A stretch of 64,000 bases of DNA from Eledone cirrhosa (lineage: Eukaryota): assembly GCA_964016885.1 (NCBI GenBank), contig OZ024766.1:4216001-4280000 (forward strand), read 5' to 3'. Below the pieces are notes generated by a model. The model was not told the origin of the DNA and searched no databases. It worked only from the letters and a program-made list of their open reading frames with translations. This document shows, piece after piece, positions 61,075 to 64,000 of the stretch; the stretch's first letter is position 1; each line of letters opens with the position of its first letter. Made by a program: the position numbers and the translations under genes.

Positions 61075-64000
61075 GGATATATCTGTGTCCCTTTCTATGT
61101 AGTTGTCCCAGCACAAGTGAATATAACTAAAGAATATAAGACAAGAACTAGAGAAGAAAAAATAACCGATTCTACTCACGTGAGTCAGACTTGGAGTTTT
61201 CAAAGAAAGTTCAAGGATTTTTTTGTTGTAACTTGCAGAAACAAGGGCCTTAAATTCGATCTTCTCCTGGGGCTTATTGTCATTAGGGGTTATAATGATG
61301 AGGACTGTGTGGTGACGTGGGCTTCTTGATTCCAGAGTTGCCAGAACCTCGATAGTGTTCTTGGGTGACATCAGTGTGAGAAGGGCTTCCTTCCTATCAG
61401 CTGTGTTTATTTTCAGCTCAGCACTGAGCTTCTGGTCGTCTTGATCGCCCCATCTGAACTCACTGGCAGCAAAGTATCTACCGTCGTATGTCATCTTCAG
61501 GTTGTTGCCGAAAGCTAGGGATCCATTTTCATCAGTTATCTTCAACTGTGTCCGCCTGGATAAGTTGTTTCGGTCATCTGCATTGATATACGTTGCCTTC
61601 ACAAGGAATTGCTTTTGTTTGTTGAAGCTGTCAAACTTAAGGTCAAATTCGACGGTGCTGATTTTTTGACTCCAGATCACGGTAATCCCATAATGTTGAT
61701 TAAGCAGAGTAATGCTCGCTTTTACCGATGGTTTCTCACCGTCAAAATCGAAATCAAAATCAATGTTTCCAATTTGCGGGGTTAGGAGCTCGACACTGAC
61801 CCCTTTCAAATAGTCCTGGTTGGAAACAACAAATTTGTACTGTTCCTGACCTCTAATGGTCAGCCCTGTGGTGACTTTGAAATTCTGCAGCTCTCCTTCA
61901 AATTCCACTTTAGCTTTAGCCTCTGGTAGGTACATGTTGATGTTCAGATATTTATAGTAGCCCCTGTTTGAGGCAGCTATTTCATATGTGTCTCCATTGT
62001 GAGTTAGTTTCATCTCCACTTTCATTTTCTTCAGTTTCCCTTTGGCAGTCACGCTCAAATCCACGCCGTTTTCATATTTCCCCTTGAGATATATTTTCGA
62101 GGGGGACAGATACAACTCACCATTGAAGTTTTGAGACGTTAAATTCATGTGGAACTGAGACATATGGTCATAATCCAGTAAGAAAGCAAAGTCGTAATAG
62201 GTTGGAGATTTTAGAGACAGTTGTACATTGAAGTTTTCCTGTTTGCCTTGAGACGTTCTGTACCTGCTGTAAAATGTGGCCGGGATGTAAGTTTTGAAGT
62301 GGGATTCTTCCAGATATGGTTTGATTTTGCCTGAATATGTCACGGTAAATCCATCACCGTCGCGATTATATGAAATGTCAGCTTGGATTTGTCTGAGAGA
62401 AGGAAAATCGGGACTCTCTACATTTAAGGAAAGAGATTTTTGGTACCCATTGTCAAAAGAAGCGACGGCTTTCACATGGCGACTGTCAGGGAGCCCGACA
62501 TCCACGTTTATTTGGTGTTCCGATGAGTCGAGTTTATAGTTGCCAGTGAGAAGTACCTCTTTTCCACCTGACCCCATTCGTAGTTCACTGTCAATATAAC
62601 GACCAGCCTCATACTCAAGTTCGGCGTCAACACTGGCATCAAGAGAGTCAGTGTTGATCTCAAGATGTGATGTTTTCCTCCGCCCAGAAAGGTTTACATT
62701 AGCAGCTGCGGTGACCTTCTCTGATCTTGGGCCTCGTATATTTACTTTCACATCATGGTTGTCATCCATCCTGCTGTAGTCAGCGTCCATTTTCAGCATC
62801 TGCCTTCCCATGTTAACAACATAGACGTTTCCTTTTAGGCTTTGCGGCAATTTCTTATTGAGTACTATTCTTATTCTGCTGTCTTTACCATCATTGATTG
62901 TGTAGAGGAGAAGAACTGATGAGATGTCACTGTTGAATTTGACATCATACAATCCTTTCACCTTTGCGACATTGTAATGTCTTTCAAGACAATTGTATTC
63001 AAAGTCTCCCTTTGATGTTATCTCCCTTTCATCTATGTAAATTGAAAGTTTGCTCTTCATCCTGTGTGGCAATATATTGAACGATAATCCAGCATCAGTA
63101 TTCACTCTGCCATGCCTATCTCTGTTGTGAGCTACCTTAGCATCAACCACCATCTTTCCGTTTTGCATCGAATAGAACCCAACACTTTTCTGAAACTCCC
63201 TGAAAATATAAAAGTATCTTTTTCTAGAAACAACTCCCTTAATTTTCTGATACTGGTCGTAGGAAAATTCTGAATTGTTGTCAGTGAATTCCGTGACTAA
63301 TTTCTCATCCCATTCATTTGTGTAACCATTTGCAGTCCAAGTGGAGTTGCTTATATATACATTTCTGTTATTTTTGATAGTTGAAATGTAATTATAAGTA
63401 AAATGTCGAAGGGCTTCGTATGTTGTGCCTACATTTATCTTGAATGCTACTTTTCCAAATTTCGCTATGGTAATTCGTGAGTTAAAAAACGAAGCTGATG
63501 TGTTCACTAAGTTGCCATTGCCCATGTCCAACAGGAACTGCATATACCCTTGTTGTTGTTTTCCACTCTTGTTCACGATGAGTTTGCCTGATGATGTAGC
63601 CTTCCAGTTTATGTCTCGGTAAGTTCTGAACACCTGTCGATCGGCTTGGAAACTGACTGCGACTGAATATTGATGAAATGACGCAGTGTTCAAGGATGCT
63701 GTCAACTTCACTTCTCGATGACTCGGCAGTGCAAGGATGTTTTGAACAAACAGGATAGTGCGTTTGCCCTTAAATGTAGTCTTCATAGTTATCAATTTTC
63801 CTGTGTCCCACTGAAAACTGAGATCGTTTTTGTACGAGTTGGAGTTCATTTGGGTCAAATGATCGTTAAATTCTATCTTCCTGTTGGGGTTTTCGAAGGA
63901 GAGCTTGATACCAGATTTGAGCAAACCCTTTGCCATGATGTTGCTAAGTAACACATTGGTTTCGTACACATTGTCGGTAGCTAATTGTAGCTTTATTTTG
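33856..64000 (-). CDS. Large lipid transfer protein gene (apolipophorin/vitellogenin-like), 3' portion, 12 exons, ~1,750 aa in window
   Basis: All junctions are GT-AG with matching phases. Long amphipathic beta-strand region, then a helical region, then vWD (HITTFDGRHYS..CNYILA; SGLFGSYNNEQFDD) and a C8-like Cys region. Family call is from domain order, not from a database search. Confidence 0.8.
33965..34805 (+). repeat. 72-bp tandem array (~11 copies) in the last intron
   Basis: Same unit as 33210-33710; ends ATGCTAAAGGGTTGA (piggyBac-like end). Confidence 0.9.
34947..35088 (-). CDS. Lipoprotein gene exon (C8-like, VSPTPFYRMC...SRQC)
   Basis: 142 bp; CAG acceptor, GTAAGT donor; phase 0 to 1. 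Confidence 0.85.
35130..36115 (-). repeat. ~80-bp tandem array (~12 copies) of the 3' tail of SINE family 2
   Basis: Unit matches the reverse complement of GGGTCGATAAAATAAAGTACCAGTAA...GCTGGCCTTGTGCC..AAAAGTAGAAAC and runs into further SINE sequence at 36090-36115. Confidence 0.88.
36120..36605. repeat. (CCA/CTA)n trinucleotide tract
   Basis: Direct reading; similar tracts at 42605-43315 and 57575-57955. Confidence 0.9.
36652..37065 (-). CDS. Lipoprotein gene exon (vWD C-terminal half, VYVKGSFF...RNCHRQ)
   Basis: 414 bp, open; TTTTCAG acceptor, GTAAAG donor; phase 0 to 0. Confidence 0.88.
37085..37430 (-). mobile_element. Possible LINE 3' end (L1/Tx1-like)
   Basis: Short frame EVLYPSKFYERWVKVARMARVNG..* followed by a UTR, AATAAAG and a (CTAT)n tail. 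Confidence 0.4.
37626..39372. repeat. 65-bp minisatellite (~27 copies)
   Basis: Unit TGTACATTGGATAATGTAGTCCTAGATACACTATGTCTGATAGCCACTAATACTAACTACTGTAC. Confidence 0.92.
39399..39604 (-). CDS. Lipoprotein gene exon (vWD start, HITTFDGRHYS)
   Basis: 206 bp; TTTCAG acceptor, GTAAGG donor; phase 1 to 0. Confidence 0.9.
39837..40185 (-). CDS. Lipoprotein gene exon (LLWAFEYW...WLPPFK)
   Basis: 349 bp; TTTGCAG acceptor, GTAATG donor; phase 0 to 1; the WLPPF motif precedes the vWD. Confidence 0.88.
40643..40713 (+). ncRNA. Type I hammerhead ribozyme fold
   Basis: Stem I TATTTTAT/ATAAAATA (8 bp, perfect); CTGATGA at 40651; ~16-bp stem II; GAAA at 40694; palindrome TGCGCA; AUA cleavage triplet. An inverted partial copy lies at ~40504-40585. 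Confidence 0.8.
41392..41445 (+). ncRNA. Type I hammerhead ribozyme fold (slightly degenerate)
   Basis: TAAT-GCT/AGC-G-ATTA stem I; CTGATGA at 41399; stem II TCCAAAC/GTTTGGA with a C-A closing mismatch; GAAA at 41426; palindrome CAATTG; GUU triplet. Confidence 0.65.
41520..41925. mobile_element. Two SINE 3' fragments in opposite orientations
   Basis: 41520-41705 is the reverse complement of the SINE family 1 tail; 41705-41925 is a + strand relative ending GGACGTTAAACGAAGATGATG. Confidence 0.7.
42004..42128 (-). CDS. Lipoprotein gene exon (DYLHSIS...DAFQQ)
   Basis: 125 bp; CCCCAG acceptor, GTATGT donor; phase 1 to 0. Confidence 0.85.
42148..42600. repeat. Degenerate 14-bp repeat (GTTAAGTCATCAGT)n
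   Basis: Direct reading; the same motif occurs at 39625-39660. Confidence 0.85.
43322..43451 (-). CDS. Lipoprotein gene exon (TMWDYVD...FVVVK)
   Basis: 130 bp; CACAG acceptor, GTAAGT donor; phase 0 to 1. Confidence 0.85.
43565..48170 (+). repeat. 47-bp minisatellite (~98 copies) expanded inside a SINE 3' tail
   Basis: Unit AAGGTCAGCCGACCGGGCACTGCCCACAACAGGACAACCCGTCTAAC; SINE sequence continues on both sides (43518-43565 and 48170-48225). Confidence 0.93.
48702..49085 (-). CDS. Lipoprotein gene exon (ESINMRL...VTRAYN, amphipathic helical region)
   Basis: 384 bp; GTGCAG acceptor, GTGAGT donor; phase 0 to 0. Confidence 0.88.
49122..49520. repeat. ~5 copies of a SINE-tail-like unit with poly-G tracts
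   Basis: CACAAGGACAACAATTTGGAGGGG...ATCGACCCTCAGTGAATTACTGGTACTAG repeated. Confidence 0.7.
49790..53189 (-). mobile_element. piggyBac-like element with a 72-bp array expanded to ~45 copies
   Basis: Reverse complement of the 33074-33718 element; ends CAGGGTTAA at 53189; five 60-bp deletion variants interspersed. Confidence 0.75.
53251..53435 (-). CDS. Lipoprotein gene exon (DNPNKKV...FTDLE)
   Basis: 185 bp; CTTCAG acceptor, GTAAGT donor; phase 1 to 0. Confidence 0.87.
53440..54120. repeat. Intron made almost entirely of GA/GGT low-complexity repeats
   Basis: GGGAGGTGGTGATATAGTGAGAGAGA units, then (GGT/GAT)n. Confidence 0.85.
54136..54304 (-). CDS. Lipoprotein gene exon (LETPEHK...NIAFNA); absent from the ORF track
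   Basis: 169 bp, open; CTCCAG acceptor, GTAAAT donor; phase 0 to 1 bridges the neighbouring exons exactly. Confidence 0.85.
54500..55285 (-). mobile_element. RTE-clade LINE fragment with an internal 80-bp tandem amplification (~7 copies)
   Basis: KGRLYDACVRSAMLHGSETW...RLRWYGHVMRM, the typical RTE post-RT region; 54561-55117 repeats one 80-bp piece. Confidence 0.85.
55292..56043 (+). mobile_element. Element with direct plus inverted terminal copies and a degenerate hammerhead (Penelope pLTR-like)
   Basis: 55388-55503 is repeated at 55858-56043, and 55292-55391 is an inverted part of it. CTGATGA-ACCA..TGGT-GAAA-stem III-GTA at 55710-55778, with stem I out of register by 2 nt. Confidence 0.55.
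56057..56488. repeat. Two adjacent foldbacks (56057-56222 and 56290-56488)
   Basis: Each has ~60-65-bp near-perfect inverted arms and is bounded by (TA)n. Confidence 0.8.
56490..56700 (+). mobile_element. RTE-type LINE, ORF C-terminal fragment
   Basis: LLWEPLHGHTRRGRPRLTYVDAL...MRDRDRWR motif. Confidence 0.75.
56936..57270 (+). mobile_element. tRNA-derived SINE, family 1
   Basis: Near-identical to 8976-9310. Confidence 0.88.
57445..57500 (+). ncRNA. Type I hammerhead ribozyme fold
   Basis: Stem I ACTGC/GCAGT; CTGATGA at 57450; stem II GGT.ATAGCC/GGCTAT.ATT; GAAA at 57484; palindrome TATATA; AUA triplet; AATAAA follows. Confidence 0.75.
57969..58405 (+). mobile_element. Tandem SINE family 2 insertion with a 13-bp target-site duplication
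   Basis: TATTACTTACAGT at 57956-57968 and at 58406-58418. Confidence 0.75.
58416..58739 (-). CDS. Lipoprotein gene exon (PLQMRST...TMKLT)
   Basis: 324 bp; GACAG acceptor, GTAAGT donor; phase 0 to 0. Confidence 0.88.
58812..59350 (-). mobile_element. tRNA-derived SINE, family 1, with ~5 internal copies of the ~47-bp segment
   Basis: Reverse complement of 8976-9310 with an incipient tandem expansion at 58930-59175. Confidence 0.85.
59357..59426 (-). ncRNA. Type I hammerhead ribozyme fold, sense to the lipoprotein pre-mRNA
   Basis: On the minus strand: stem I TATATTTTGT/ATAAAGTATA (10 bp, 2 G-U); CTGATGA; imperfect stem II; GAAA; TATATA; AUA triplet. Confidence 0.7.
59543..59905 (-). mobile_element. 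Tc1/mariner-superfamily transposon 3' fragment (pseudogenised transposase)
   Basis: Minus-strand translation WPPSSPDCNPLDFFVWGAVE*DTN...RGRLEAVIKANGG has the SPDxNPLD third-Asp motif and an in-frame stop; terminus TA-CAGGGTG. Confidence 0.8.
60345..60720 (-). mobile_element. SINE 3' fragment with an internal duplication
   Basis: (CAT)n-TTTAACGTCC tail and GGATGCCCTTCCTAACACCAACC repeated twice. Confidence 0.65.
60856..61025 (-). mobile_element. RTE-type LINE, ORF C-terminal fragment
   Basis: GRPRKTWDELINSDI...DRDLWR motif; intronic, although the ORF track fuses it to the exon. Confidence 0.75.
61180..64000 (-). CDS. Lipoprotein gene giant exon (>2.8 kb, open to the window edge)
   Basis: Frame open from 63999 (KIKLQLATDNVYE...) to ...KTPSLTH, then GTGAGT donor; alternating hydrophobic beta-strand pattern as in apoB/apolipophorin lipid-binding regions. 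Confidence 0.9.

Noticed and set aside
60856-61179. C-terminal ~108 aa of the 1037-aa ORF as part of the protein
   Set aside because: Lies past the GTGAGT donor at 61179 and consists of intron, microsatellite and RTE sequence.

Overview
Eukaryotic, repeat-rich genomic DNA. Gene content and repeat families point to a coleoid cephalopod, probably an octopus (inference; no database check). Left half (about 0.7-32.8 kb): a tandem cluster of six single-ORF C2H2 zinc-finger genes on the + strand, with 16, 15, 21, 21, 16 and 15 fingers. Each has a shared ~640-bp upstream block and a shared 3' block, and the finger arrays are mosaics of one another. Right half (33.8-64 kb): the 3' part of a convergent minus-strand large lipid transfer protein gene (apolipophorin/vitellogenin-like, with C-terminal vWD and C8-like domains). 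I traced 12 exons by hand with GT-AG boundaries and consistent phases (~1,750 aa; the 5' end lies beyond the window). Intergenic DNA and introns hold two tRNA-derived SINE families, LINE fragments (CR1/L2, RTE), mariner, Helitron and piggyBac-like remnants, and many minisatellites, several visibly amplified from pieces of those elements. The most unexpected signal is five type I hammerhead ribozyme folds with complete cores, plus degenerate and partial ones. They lie in short, mutually unrelated inserts next to (TA)n, and each has a palindromic or near-palindromic stem III. One is in sense orientation just upstream of a zinc-finger ORF, and one is in sense orientation inside an intron of the lipoprotein gene. 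No CRISPR or other prokaryotic features are present.
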